Of a DNA stretch of 64,000 nucleotides, positions 25,938 to 37,733 are shown one piece after another. The notes beneath the pieces are model-generated. The model was not told the DNA's origin. It worked only from the letters and a program-made list of their open reading frames with translations, and searched no databases. Every line of letters begins with the position of its first letter. Positions within the stretch are counted from its first letter, which is position 1. Origin of the DNA: Protoeuglena noctilucae (taxonomy: Eukaryota); the NCBI GenBank assembly GCA_958009085.1, contig OY253668.1, positions 558,001 through 622,000 of the forward strand, in the 5' to 3' direction. A program made the translations under genes and the position numbers.

Positions 25938-28900
25938 TTAAGTCGCGTTGTCGTTCTCCCGTGCCTCCTTGAGCATCGTGGCAGCCCCGGTGGATACCAC
26001 TGAAATTGTCCCGAGCTGCTTCTTGGCGAGACCCGGCCCGGCCGTCTCAGCGTCTAGCTCCGACCACAGGCGCGCCGGCGCCGGCTGGTTCTCGATGATA
26101 CCGAGCGCATCGGCCTGCCAAATGCGGTCCCTCTGCTGCTCACCCTCTTTCCTGCACGGGAAAAGGACACGTGCCCGTAAGACGGCGGCGACCGCACCCC
26201 CAGCAATGGAAGCCGCAAGCTGCGGCAGCATCTCACGTTTGGCTCTGGCGCTGCGAGCCGGGGGCGCCGTCGCGCGTCCCGATCGGCGCAGCCTCGGACC
26301 GGAGCGCGCTGACCAGAGAAGAAGGGCCCGGCCCCGACGCCCGGGGCGCCACGAATCGGGCCGGGAGCGGCTCCCTCCCGTCCGCCGTGAAGGTGTCCGA
26401 GACGGCGAGGATGCCCCGCGTGCAGTTGATGAGCGACGTGACCTGGGCGCGGAGGGGGAAGCGCGCCGGGCCGTTGCCGAACAGGCTGTCCGTCAGCGTG
26501 TGGATGTCGAGGTACCCCTGGCACACGAGGTTGGCGAAGGCGAGGAAGATGTAGCACCAGACGATCGTGAACGGGCCCGGCCGCTTGTGGTCGACCGGCC
26601 CCGAGATGACCTTGCAGACCTTGCCCGGGATGAGGCTGCGGGTGCGGGGAACGTGTTCTGGAGTCACGGCACACGGGGCTGGCCAGCGAAGGCACACAAG
26701 AGTCCAGACATGCGAAACCACCCCGAAGCAACCTCGCTTGCAGTCGCAGTCCTCACTTGCTGTCGCAGAAATCGTTGAAAGCTTCGACGTTGCCGGACGT
26801 CAGGCGCGGGACCATGCTGGGGAAGCCGCCGTGGAGCAACGAGCCGAACCAAGTGGCGAGGACGAACAGGTAGAAGTGGATGGCGAAGGAAACGAGGGCG
26901 ACGTAGGGGTACGGGAGCTGCGAGCGTGCGCGACGATGGGGGCGTCGGCGGGGCAAAGTCCCAGCGGGGGCCGGCCACACGTGCATTGCATCAATCACCG
27001 CTCACCTGGGCGTTGATCTGGGTGAAGATGGCCGTGCAGTTCTCGATCAGCGCCGACAGCTTGGTGAGGAGCAGGTTGGCGGCGGGCGGGCTGCCCTGGA
27101 TGAGGTCGTTGGCCACGCACGCCTGCACCAGCCGCATGCTCCATTGGTACGGGAGGAGGTATTGGGGCAGCCCCGACTCCACACTCTCCTCGATCACCGC
27201 CTGCGGGGCGGGAACGCATGAGAGCCACTCCGCGATGGTTCGCGCGACGCGCCCCTCACGCCATGCCACGGCACGCCCCTCGTGCTCTCACCCACTCCTC
27301 CAGCGTCAGCAGGCCTTCCTTGTGTAAGTCCTCGAGCCCGATGTCGCGGGCGCTCGCCTGCAGTGGCAGGGGCGGCATGCTTTGACTGCCCCTCTCGACC
27401 CCGGCCACGGACAGCCTCGCGCAGGGCACGGGAGCGCGCCTCAGGTGCCACCTTGCCAAAGGTGGGCAGCTGGCTGGGACCCTCCGCGTTCTCCTCCGGC
27501 TCCGGCTTGGACATGTCGCCACCCAAGTCCCCCGACAGGCACTCCTTGAAATGCTTGGCCGCGAACCTGACGCCGCGCGTCACGGGGAAGTGCTTGGACT
27601 GGGCGTCCGCGGACATGACGGTCAGGATGTGGCCCAGGTTCAGGTAGCGGGCCAGCTGCGGGGGGAGCGGAGGCGCGCTCTCACGTCCAGGTGCCAGCAT
27701 TGGCGCAGACGCGTCCACGCTGTGCCATTGGCTACAGCTAGGGCCGGCAGCCAGGCTCGAGAGCCGTGCGAACGAAGCACTCGCCTTGGCCCGGGCCTTC
27801 CGGATCATGAAGATCTTCTCCGGCGCCACTTGGCCCTTGATGGGCGGCTGCAGGAACGTGCAGGCCGTGATGGCAATCTCCACCGTCACCGAGTGGATCT
27901 TGGCATACAGGGCCCGTATCTGGCTCCATCGGTTGATGACCAGCGTGACGAAGAGCCCCTGGATGAAGATGATGATTTGCGTGGGGTTGAAGGTGCCTGC
28001 GTGGAAAGATCGTGAGGGCGGGGTCACCGGCGGGGCTGCCATCTGCGTGGTGAGGACGGCGGCCCTAGGCCACTGCAGCGAGACGAGCTGCGGCAGTGAC
28101 ACCCACCTCCGATGAACTGCGCGCCGAAGAGCTGCACCCACATGTTGTGCAAGTCCACAGACGCCCCAATGCCCGTCTTGTGGATGATCCTGCGGGGGCG
28201 GCGTGGTGGGCGTGCGTGTCCTGGCGAGCCAACCACGGCGATAGCCAAACAGCCTCTTTGTGCTTTGTGCTTCTTGGCACAGCACCGTGCGCCAATGTCA
28301 CGACCGTACTGGGACTCACCCACACCAAATGAGGAGCGCCGCCGTCTGGACGTGGAGGTACGGATTGGCGAGCACCGTGGCGCGCAAGTTGCGAGGGATG
28401 AGGCCAGGAAGGTACCCTGCAAGGCACACAGGACAGGTTGATGATGTCGCAACGGCCTTCTCTATCGGTCACCCTGAGCGGTCCTGAGGGGCCCCGTCAC
28501 TCACCCCAGTAGTGCAGGTGGCTGGTGCGATACTTGAGCACGCGAGGTGGGTTTTCTTGCCACACGATGTCGGGCCTCCTGTTAATGTTGCATCGCAGCG
28601 CCGTATCCACGGCCTCCGGCGCGCCAACCGGCCCCGGAGACTCCTCCTCGTCTTCTTCCATGATAGACGCTGGCCGTCCGTCGAACATGGGCGATCGGCC
28701 ACGCTCGTCGGGATGGCGCGCGAGGTCCCCCAGGTCGCTCTTCTGCGCGGGCAAGCAGGAGCGCTCGCCCGGCGCTGCCGCTCGCGCGCTGCCAGCACCC
28801 GACATCGTCGACATCGGTTTCGACGTCGGCGACATCAGTGGCCGACATCCAGGGCCCGTCGCGAGAACGCACGCGAGCGCCCAAACTGCCCACCTTCGCC

Positions 28901-29170
28901 CGGGCCATGTCCTGGAAAGAACTGACCCTCGGCATCCCCCCCTTCTTCTCCCAGGCGGGGATGTCCGTGTTGATCATTGCAGCCTCCTTCGCGCTTCCCC
29001 TGCGATCCGCTCGGCGCAGTGCGTTCCGTCAACGACGAGGCGCGCATGAGCAGCTCGCGCCGAGAGCGCCTCGTACGCCAGGCGACACGCAACCCTCTGA
29101 ATTTTCCTCACCCCCGGTGGGCGACATGGCCCAGGTCCGGCGCACTGGATTGGCTGCGACCGTGGGGCAT
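25938..29170 (-). CDS. Bestrophin-like anion channel, tandem paralogue A
   Basis: Bestrophin-like blocks IQGLFVTLVINRWSQ, LARYLNL, EGLLTLEEW, YLLPYQW, LPYPYVALV..IHFYLF, QGYLDIHTLTDSLFG. The start MPHGRS is shared with paralogue B. Confidence 0.8.
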
Positions 29171-29543
29171 CGCGGCGGCGGAGCGGGGTTAGGGGTGGTG
29201 CCCGGTGTCGGGGCGGCCGATGCCCGCGCGCGGGCGGCCCGGAAGGTACTAGACAGTAACGAAAGCAGGTTACGAGCTTGGATTGCAATTTAAGATTGCT
29301 TATCGTCTGGGAGGGGCACAGGGTGGACAGGGAGGGAGGAGCCAAGAATGAGCGAGGGGCAGAGGCTTGATGCGATCGATCGCGAGTGTACTGGATGAGC
29401 GAAGACAGCGCCGAGGCCCATATCGTCGCGGGGCATCCACCTCGGTGCCAGATCAATGCGAGCGTGCTTTGCTTTCAATGCCGTCATCATATCGTCGAAC
29501 CCCGTAAGAAAGCCGCGCAGAGTAGAAAAAGACACGTTTCTGC

Positions 29544-32500
29544 TTAATCCTTGCGGCTCTCGCTGTCCCTCCCTCGCAAGATCTGGGCCTTCTGCATCCA
29601 GGTAGACGCAGACGCGAATGTGCGGTCCGCGCCATCGCCGTCGCCATTGCCAGCGCAGCACAGCCAGCACCCAACAGCCGCACGCACCAGCGCCTCCGTC
29701 GAGGTCTTGCCCACCACCGAGATCGACTGCGGGTGCTTGGCTCCCGAGGGCGTGTGCTCCATGTCCGTCTTCCACAGCGGTTGGGGCCCCGGCTGGTTCT
29801 CCGTGATGCCCAGCGTGTCTGCCTGCCACTGCCGCTCCCGTTGCTGCTCCGTCACCACCCTCCTGCGGGGCGAGGACCGCAACACAGATCAAATCGCGCG
29901 CGCCCCCGTCAGCTGGCACCCGCGCCGGCTTGCGCGCCCCGGCACTCACTGCGGCAGCGTCGCGCTCGTCCTCGGCTCCGTTCCCGCGCCCCCGGGCGCC
30001 GCGGCATCTGCGGCGCGCAACGCAGCTTGTTGTTCTCGCCGTTTGCCCCTGCGACCGCGAAGGCGCCGCGCGGCGTCGATGCGCCACGCGCGTCACCTGG
30101 CTGCGGGGCCCCCGCCGCGGGCTTGCTGCCCTTGTCCGCCACGCCCCGGCTGCCAAACGTGTTGGACATGGCCAGGATGCCGCCCGTGCAGTTGATGAGG
30201 GACACGATCTGGGCGCGGAGCGGGAAGGGCGCCGGGCCGTTGCCGCACAGGTTGTCGGTGATGGTGTGGATGTCGAGGAAACCCTGGCAGACGACGTTGG
30301 CGAAGGCCAGGAGGAAGTAGGACAGGGCGATCGTGTACTTCCCCGCCTCGCGCGCGTCCGCGGGGCCGAAGAGCGTCAGGCAGACGACCTGCGGCAGGGT
30401 CCTGCGGGAACGAGTGCAGAGCGGAGGGCGCATCCAGTCGTGTGTCCCAAGAGCAGAGGCCCTCGCGCGGCGCGGGGGGTCCGCCACGTCCGCTCACGTG
30501 GTCTCGCAGAAGTCCTTGGCGACAGCGAGCTTGGAGACGTTCAGGCGGCCGACCGTGTTGGGGAAGCCGCCGTAGAAGAGCGCCCCGAACCACGTGGCCA
30601 GCGTGAAGAGGTAGAAGTGCGTGCCGACCGACACCAGCGCGACGTAGGGGTAAGGGAGCTGCGGGGAGCGAGCCGGCGGGCCGTCGCGAGGGGACGCCCG
30701 GGCGCAGCGGAGCACCCAAGGTGCTCGTCTTGGGTTGCACCCAAGGAGGAAGTAGGAGTCGCTGGTTTCTGCAGCTGCTCGCCTGCGAGTTGATGGCGGT
30801 GAAGATGGAAGCGCAGTTCTCGATTAACGCCGACAGCTTGGCCTGGATCATGGCGGCTGCCTGGGGCCCGTTCTGCATTAAGTCATGGGCCACGCACGCC
30901 TGCACCAGCCGCATGCACCACTGGTACGGCAGCAGGTACTGGGGCAGCCCGATCTCCGTGCTCTGCTCGATCAGCTCCTGCGATGGGGACCACGGCAGGC
31001 GGCGTTGGCTCTTCACCGTGACACTGCGCTCGGCGGCTTTGCGAGGCGTTGGCCGTCCCACGACGGTCAGCAACCCTCTGACAAACGTGGGCTGGGCAGT
31101 CGGCCCCCGCTGAGCAGGTCTGCTCTCATCCCCTCTCTTCCTCGCTCACCCACTCGTCCAGCGTGACCAGCCCCTCATGGTACAGGTCCTCCATGCCAAT
31201 GTCACGCGCGCTGCCCTGCGAGCCACGCAGACCGTCTCAGTTCGGCTTAGAAGAAGTCCCTCGTCCAACGCAGCGGAAGCCAATGCGCAGCGCGTGCCCC
31301 GCCGCTCGCCTTCCCAAAGGTCGGCTCGTCGCCCGTAGCGTCCTGGTCGCCCGCCCCAGCCACCGCGGCCGCGGCCGCCGGCCCCTGCGCTCCCGCGGGG
31401 GTCCCCGAGTCCCCCAGGCAGTCCTTGACCTGCCTGATGGCGTGCCGGAGGCCCTTGGTGACCGGGAAGTGCTTGGACTGGGCGTCGGCCGACACGACCG
31501 TCAGGATGTGGCCCAGGTTGAGGTAGCGGGCCAGCTGCGGGCCGAGAGGTCAGCCGGGGCCATCACGCGCGTTCGCCGAGTTTCGACACGTGAGGGTAGC
31601 GGCATGCATGCAGCGCGAGACCACCGCCGCTGCCGCCCGCGCCCGCGGCTCGCCTTGGCCCGCGCCCGCTTCATCATCTGGACCTTCTCGGGCGCGGCGT
31701 TGCCCGACAGCGGCGGCTGGATGAAGGAGCTGGCGGTGATGGCGAGGTCCACGGTCACCGAGTGGACCTTGGCATACAAAGACCGGATCTGCCACCACCG
31801 GTTGATCACGAGCGTGACGAAGAGGCCCTGGATGAAGATCTGCATCAGCGTGACGTTGAAGGTGCCGCCTAAGAGGTTGGTGCCGAACAGCATGACAAAC
31901 GTGTTCAGGTAGGCCTTGGGGAGGCCGAGCCCGGTCCCGTGGATGATTCTGCAAGGCACAGGGAGGGCGGTGTGTTTACTAAGTGACACATGGTGGAAGG
32001 CTGAGAGATTGCACTTGCGACGCAGTGCGGCCGCGCACGTACCCACACCAGATGAGGAGGAACGCGGTCTGCATGTGAAGGTACGGGCTGGCAAACACGG
32101 TCGCGCGCAAGTTGCGCGGGATGAGGCCGGGAATGTAGCCTGCGAGGGACGCGGGTGGGACAGAATGACCACGCTGTTGCTGTGGAAACCGTCGCAAAAG
32201 TGCAGCCTTCCAGCGGCGGTCACCCCAGTAGTGGAGGTGGCTGGTGCGATACTTGAGCACCCGAGGAGGGTTCTCCTGCCACATCACGTCTTTGGTGCGA
32301 CGAATGCGACACCGCAACGCCGTGTCCACCGCGCCCATGGCGAAGGGGCGTGCGGGCTGGGGCGCGTCGTCGGCATCATTCACGTCGGCGATGGGCCGCT
32401 TGGTGCTGGCCGGCGACTCGTTCTCGCTGACGTCGTGTCCGTTACCGGCGTACGACTGCGGGAGGACAGGAGGACTGGCTCCTGGTTGGGCCCCTCAGCC

Positions 32501-32954
32501 GAGGTGAGGCGGGGGCCGCGAAGCTTGCAGAGAGCCGGGCCCCGGACCTGCTTTATCAGGGACTGGTACGACCGCACTTTCAGCATCCCCGACGCCTTGT
32601 CTTGGTTGGGGATGTCCGTGTTGATCATGTTCTCTCGGGAGTGGCTGTGGACGGTCGGCGAGGACCGGCTGCGGGTCAGGGCGGGCCCGTCGCGTCGCCG
32701 CGAAGGAACACGGGCATCGCAGCAGCGCGCATTGCAGACATGTCAGTCTCAAGTGCGACGGCGGCACGCGCGCCGATACCGGAGCGCGGAGGGCGACGTA
32801 GCGGGCCCACGGGTAAACAGCCCCGAAGGGACCAGGCCGGGATGGCGTCGTGGGGTCCCCGGGGCAATTCCGCGTGGGGTCCCTCGACTCACCCTCGTGG
32901 GCCATGTTCCTGCCCTTCCCCGGGAACGCCGGAGCGGGAGCGGCCATGTGGCAT
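29544..32954 (-). CDS. Bestrophin-like anion channel, tandem paralogue B
   Basis: Same exon structure and motifs as A (WQENPPRVLKYRTSHLHYW, IQGLFVTLVINRWWQ, LARYLNLGHIL, LPYPYVALV, QGFLDIHTITDNLCG, WQADTLGITENQP). Confidence 0.8.
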
Positions 32955-33368
32955 GGCCGCCCCGTGCGCGTCTGTGAGGCCCCCCGGGGTCGGCTCGCTG
33001 CCGCCCTTCCCTCGCAGGCGGCGCAGGTAAAAACAAGTGACGAATAAATGCGGTTTACGATCGTCTGAGGCCGTGTTTGGATCCTGAGAGGCGCGATTTC
33101 CGCGAGCTCCGCGAGCAAGGCCGTGGGGTGACCGCCGACAGGAGAAGCTGCAAGCGCACAGCGCAATCTCAGCTGCCAAACGCATCCGGATCGCTCCGAA
33201 ACGTCCTTTTGGACTTCCTAAGCCTGTGCCTGCATGGTGACTCAGGGTGTGGCAATCATTTGGGTATCATGATGGCAATCATTTGGCAATCAAAATCAAA
33301 AGGGTGGCAATCAAGCTTTGTTCCACTGAGGAAGCGCTGTGCGCCATTCCCCCAGTTCAGCAGGAGCG

Positions 33369-34150
33369 ATGGTTGCGTCTGCGGAGACGGAGTTCGCCGA
33401 CGGCATTCGCGCGGTGCTCCTTGCCCGAACTCGGCTTCAGCGCAATGAGCACGTGGGGGCCAGCGTTCTGCGCTGGGGTGTCGCGGACGAGCCAGACACG
33501 GGCAGGTGGGGCGAGAGGGAGTTGCATGATGCTGCATGCGACAGCGAGCAGGCGCCTCGTTCGGAAGAACGCTCGTGGCAGACGCCTGTGCCCTTTGCAG
33601 TGCGACGTCCCTGCTCCCGCACTTCGAGGGGCCGTCGATCGTAGACGAGATGGAGCGTACGTGGCGGGACGCGGGTGCTGCGGACTGCGACCCTCCGAAA
33701 GGCGCGGGGGCGGAGGAAGCAGAGCTGGCGAGCGAGGTCTTGCCGCGGGGCACCGAGGTCGGCCTCGGCAGCGACAGGCCGAGTCCTGCCGGGCTCAGGT
33801 AAGCACCGTCCGCATGCCGTGCGCGAGGATCCGATGACTGCTCACGTCCTCACTGCGCCCTGCCTCCCGGGCCTCGCAGGATGGACACCCTGCTGGACGG
33901 CACAGAGAGCGAGGACGGCGACGATGAGAGGCAGGGCGGCGGCGCATGTCAGGGAGCAGGTGCACCCGGCGTGCCCGGGGAGGAGGTGGTGATGAGGGTC
34001 ACCGCCGTCGCTTCGTCCGTCTCCGTCACGCTGCACGTCGTCGATCGCCGCACTGGCGGTGGCCCAGACGCCGTGCAGCCATTCTCGCTGGACCCTACGT
34101 TTGACTACGACAACGTCACGCTCACGCCCAAGCACATCTTCTCTACTTAA
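33369..34150 (+). CDS. IFTAP/C11orf74-like intraflagellar-transport-associated protein
   Basis: Acidic low-complexity protein ending VQPFSLDPTFDYDNVTLTPKHIFST*, matching the remembered IFTAP C-terminal motif PFSLDxxFDYDNVxLTxK. 5' exons uncertain. Confidence 0.65.
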
Positions 34151-34163
34151 AGCGCACCATGTC

Positions 34164-34168
34164 TTACA
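34164..34168 (-). promoter_or_regulatory. Putative TGTAA poly(A) signal for the F-box/LRR gene
   Basis: TTACA on the + strand (TGTAA on -) about 44 nt past the stop at 34212. Confidence 0.5.
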
Positions 34169-34211
34169 GGAAGTAGAAAGCAGAGTACCGTCCCACATTG
34201 TTGAAATCACG

Positions 34212-36820
34212 CTATGCCTGGGACCACGAGTCCCTCGGAGCCTGCACCTGTACCTGGACCCAGGGCGCAAAGGCGGCGCAGATGGCCCTGGAGCAGCCGT
34301 CGTGCCCCGTGGCCGTCACATCCAGCGTGGACAGCGAAGGGAGGCGGGAGAGGGCCACGATGTCCTCCTGACACAAGCCCATGCACTGCGGAGAGGCGGA
34401 GGGGCACATGAGCATCCCCAACAGGTTGCTTCCCTTGCCCAAACCCCCTCATGCAGCGACGCACCTTGGCCAGCACCAGGTGCCGCACCGCGCCCGTGCC
34501 GCCCTGCTGCGCTCGGACGAACTCGTCCAGAACCCCGCACCCCGCGAGCGGCACCGCGGGACCGGCGCACGGGAGCGGCGCGTCACCCTCGCCAGCACCG
34601 CCCTCGTCGACCAGCGCGCATCCCGTGAGGTCGACCGACGCCAGGCACCGCGCCCGGCCGAGGTCGCGGAGCAGCCCGCGGCTGGCCCCGCACCCGACCA
34701 TCTGCACGCGCTCAAGCGAAGGCAGCGCCCCGACGATGCCGCCGGGCACCACCAGCCGCGCGGGGCACTGGAGGCCCCCGTCCGAGTCGCAGACCTCCGT
34801 GGCCACGTCGCCGAGGAAGTGCAGCACGCGCAGCTCGCGGAGGCCGGTCAGGGCGGTCAGGACCGACAGCGCCGCCGACGCGGGTCCCCCCCCGGGGCCG
34901 CCCACCCCGTCCAGGGTCAGCGACGTGAGCCCCGTGAGCCTTGCCAGCGCACTTAGCTCCAACACGTCCCCGAGCACGGCGTTGGCCACGCGCAGGGTGC
35001 GGAGGGAGGCCGGGGCGTCGGCCAGGTCCCGAAGTGCGCGGGTGCGGTTGGCGTTGACGTCAAGCGCGGTGAGCTGAGAGAGGCGTGAGAGAGACGCGAG
35101 GTCCGACGCCCCCTGCGCCCCGGGCACCTCCCTCGCCACGGCCACGATGCTGCGCAGCGTCGTGACGTGTGCGTACACGGGCTCCCAGGTGTGGGGCGAC
35201 GCGAGGCTGCTCCCGCCGTCGCCCTCGTCCCGAAAGACCTCCAGGCAAGGCAGCGTGCCCAGCGCACTGCGGAGATAAGACCCAGATACGGCTCTTCTAA
35301 TACCCCCTATCCACAGCTTAGCTTGGGTCAAAGTGACCCTGCGTCCACCATCGCAGCGACCATCACCTGGACAGCGGGACGAAGAGGGGCGTGGCTCCCG
35401 ACACCAGGCGCAGCTCCCGCAGGCACGTGTGCTGGCTGAAGTCGAGGCTGGGGATTGCCCCTGGGTCCGTCTCCACGACGATAGCCAGCGTCGGCCACCG
35501 CACCCCCTGGGACAGCGCCTGCGAGGAGCGCGGACGCAAGCGGTGCGTCGCATGTGCTGTGCCAGGGGGCGGTCTGTCAAACTACCTGGCTCGCATCCAG
35601 TGAGATTGCAAGTGTCTCACAACTGAAGGCACATGTGCTTACCTCGAGGCACAGGTGCTCGAGTGCGGGCTGCCGGGAGAGGACCTCCCCCAGGGTCTGT
35701 GCCGCGGCGACCGTCGTGAGTCCCGGCACGGACAGCGACAGGCGGCGGAGGTGCCAGCACCCGAGGAGGTCGCGCAGGAGGGGTAACGTGAGCCCGGGCA
35801 TGCTCTGGATGCTGCGGAGGCAAGAGTACATGTTATGATGTGCTGTATGGCATCACACCCTTTGCTTATTCCACCTTACCGAACGCCCGACGGCTCACCT
35901 CAGCGACCGCAGGGCTTTCAGCCTCCCCAGCGCAGCGATGCCCGCCGGTTGCACGCGGCGGAGGCCGTCGACCACCAGCGACGTGAGCCTCGTGAGCCCA
36001 GCCAGGGCGACGACGCCGTCCGTGTCGATGCGACTGCAGTAGCCGACGTCGAGGTGCGTCAGGTTCGGCAGGCCGCGGACGAGCGCCTGCACGCCCGCCG
36101 TGCCGAGGCCGCAGCAGGTGTTGAGCACGAGCCGTTCGAGACGTGCTGCGCCGCAAACGTGCTGCGCCTCTGCGTCAGTGAGGGCCACGCCCGCGAGGCG
36201 CAGCTCCGTCAGATACTTGAGGTGGGCCAGGTGAGACAGCGAGGACGGCTCCAGGAAGAAACAGTTGCTGATGGCGACACGCCGGAGCTGCGTGGCTTGG
36301 GCCAGGAAGGCAGCGGACTTGAGGTGCTCGGCGAACCCAGGAAGGTCCATCTCCAGGCTCACGAGCGCCGGGCACGCGGCGAGGACGTCCGCGAGGGACT
36401 TGTCGTCGACGCCCGCGCACCGCTTGAGCCGGAGCGAGGCCAGCATGGGGAACAGCCGGGGGAGCTTGGGGTCGAGGTAGGTAGGCGTGGCTGGGAGCGG
36501 GAGAGGAGCGGCCAGCCGTGGGTATCGGAAGGGGACGTGCGAGAGGGAGGGAAGGCTCAGCCGAAGCGCGAGAGGGAGGGCAGGCTCAGCCGAAGCGCAA
36601 ACTCGCCTTCCACCGCCTGCGCGTCGATTTTTCTCCATTGCCGGCAAACAAGCCGGCAGGAGAGCCGCGACGTCAGGTCCAGAGCATCGTTGAGGGCGAT
36701 GATGTCCAATGGCACCTCAACATGATCGTTCGGGTCTTTCGAGCCCGGGGAGCACGACGTTTTCCCGCATGTCGACAACGCCTTGTCGAGGGCCGATAAG
36801 TCGAAAGCGGCGGCCGTCAT
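34212..36820 (-). CDS. F-box / leucine-rich-repeat protein
   Basis: F-box-like VPLDIIAL..SRLSCRLVCRQWR, followed by cysteine-containing LRRs (LASLRLKRCAGVDD, LTHLDVGYCSRIDTDG, LSRLSQLTALDV, LTGLTSLTLDG). Confidence 0.85.
36545..36599. repeat. Short tandem duplication (two copies, about 28 bp) in the first intron of the F-box/LRR gene
   Basis: gggagggaaggctcagccgaagcgc..gggagggcaggctcagccgaagcgc. Confidence 0.8.
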
Positions 36821-37042
36821 GGCGCCCCGTCTGTTTCTCTTGAATCAAGGAGTGCAAATCGCGAGAGTAGGGGACCAACCGGGGGGAGCCTGGTCAGCCT
36901 AACAACGCACAAGTCTCACAGCGTCCCACAGCACCGCTATGGCCGTTCCGAGACAGCTCGATGCAATGTCACGTGAAGTGCGTCATACTCGTTGCCTCGG
37001 CCCCCTCATCTCCCAGTGACGCGCCTTGGAGAAAGAGTCAGG

Positions 37043-37547
37043 ATGCCAGCCCTCGCCCCGAAGAGCCCTCCTCGGGCAGCTGCCCCCGTCAACTCTAGCA
37101 GCTCGAATCGCCGCGGACTGGTCAGCAGAGATGGGGAGAAGCTGGTCGTGGCGACGACCTAGGAACCCTAGGAACTCGGCGCGCGCTTTGGCCTCCCCCG
37201 CAGGAGGGCGTGGGCCGCAGGCGGGCGATGCTTGGGAGCATGGTCGGGTTCGCCCCGCTGATCCTCGCGTCGAAGGTCAGTTACGCCGCCCTCGAGCCAA
37301 ACCATGTGTCGACATGGCGGGGCTGATCGCTTGAACGAATCCGCTGCCACAGGCCATCGCGGAGGAGGGCCGTCAGGATTCCGGGCCCCTGAGCAACCTG
37401 TTCAAGATGTTCCCCCTCCCGCCCTCTCCGAAAAAGAGCGTCCCGGCCCCGAGCTCGCTCAATGAGGCGGTGCCCGGCCCCACCGCGGACAAGCAGCGCC
37501 TGTGCACCGAGGGCGGCACCGATGTGGAGTGCACGGAGCTGCGCTGA
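37043..37547 (+). CDS. Small (about 114 aa) three-exon putative thylakoid-lumen protein with terminal C-x8-C (PsbTn-like architecture)
   Basis: Exons 37043-37120, 37204-37275 and 37353-37547, all phase 0 with GT-AG introns: MPALAPKSPPRAAAPV..NRRGL|EGVGRRRAMLGSMVGFAPLILASK|AIAEEGRQDSGPLSNLFKMFPLPPSP..QRLCTEGGTDVECTELR*. Confidence 0.65.
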
Positions 37548-37733
37548 GCAGCGCCAGTGCTCTGAGCAAGGTAGAGCGCCAGGCAGAGCGTGTCGTTGCA
37601 TGGCGTTCAAGTTATCCCGGCCAGCTGTGGGCCGAGGACGTTGAAGCCACCTTCTAGTGTAGACGTGTCGTGTGCAAGGGCGCATTGCCACCCTTGGCTG
37701 CGCGTCATCGCGCTCCCTCCGGTAGGCGTCGCC

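Noticed and set aside
29184..29195. Telomere-like GGGGTTAGGGG
   Set aside because: Single copy in a 5' UTR, not an array.
12984..34212. TAA/TAG reassignment to Gln as in some ulvophytes
   Set aside because: TAG/TAA occur at the expected C-termini (CTR9, BBS4, CPSF30, IFTAP-like) and no conserved exon needed an in-frame TAR codon.
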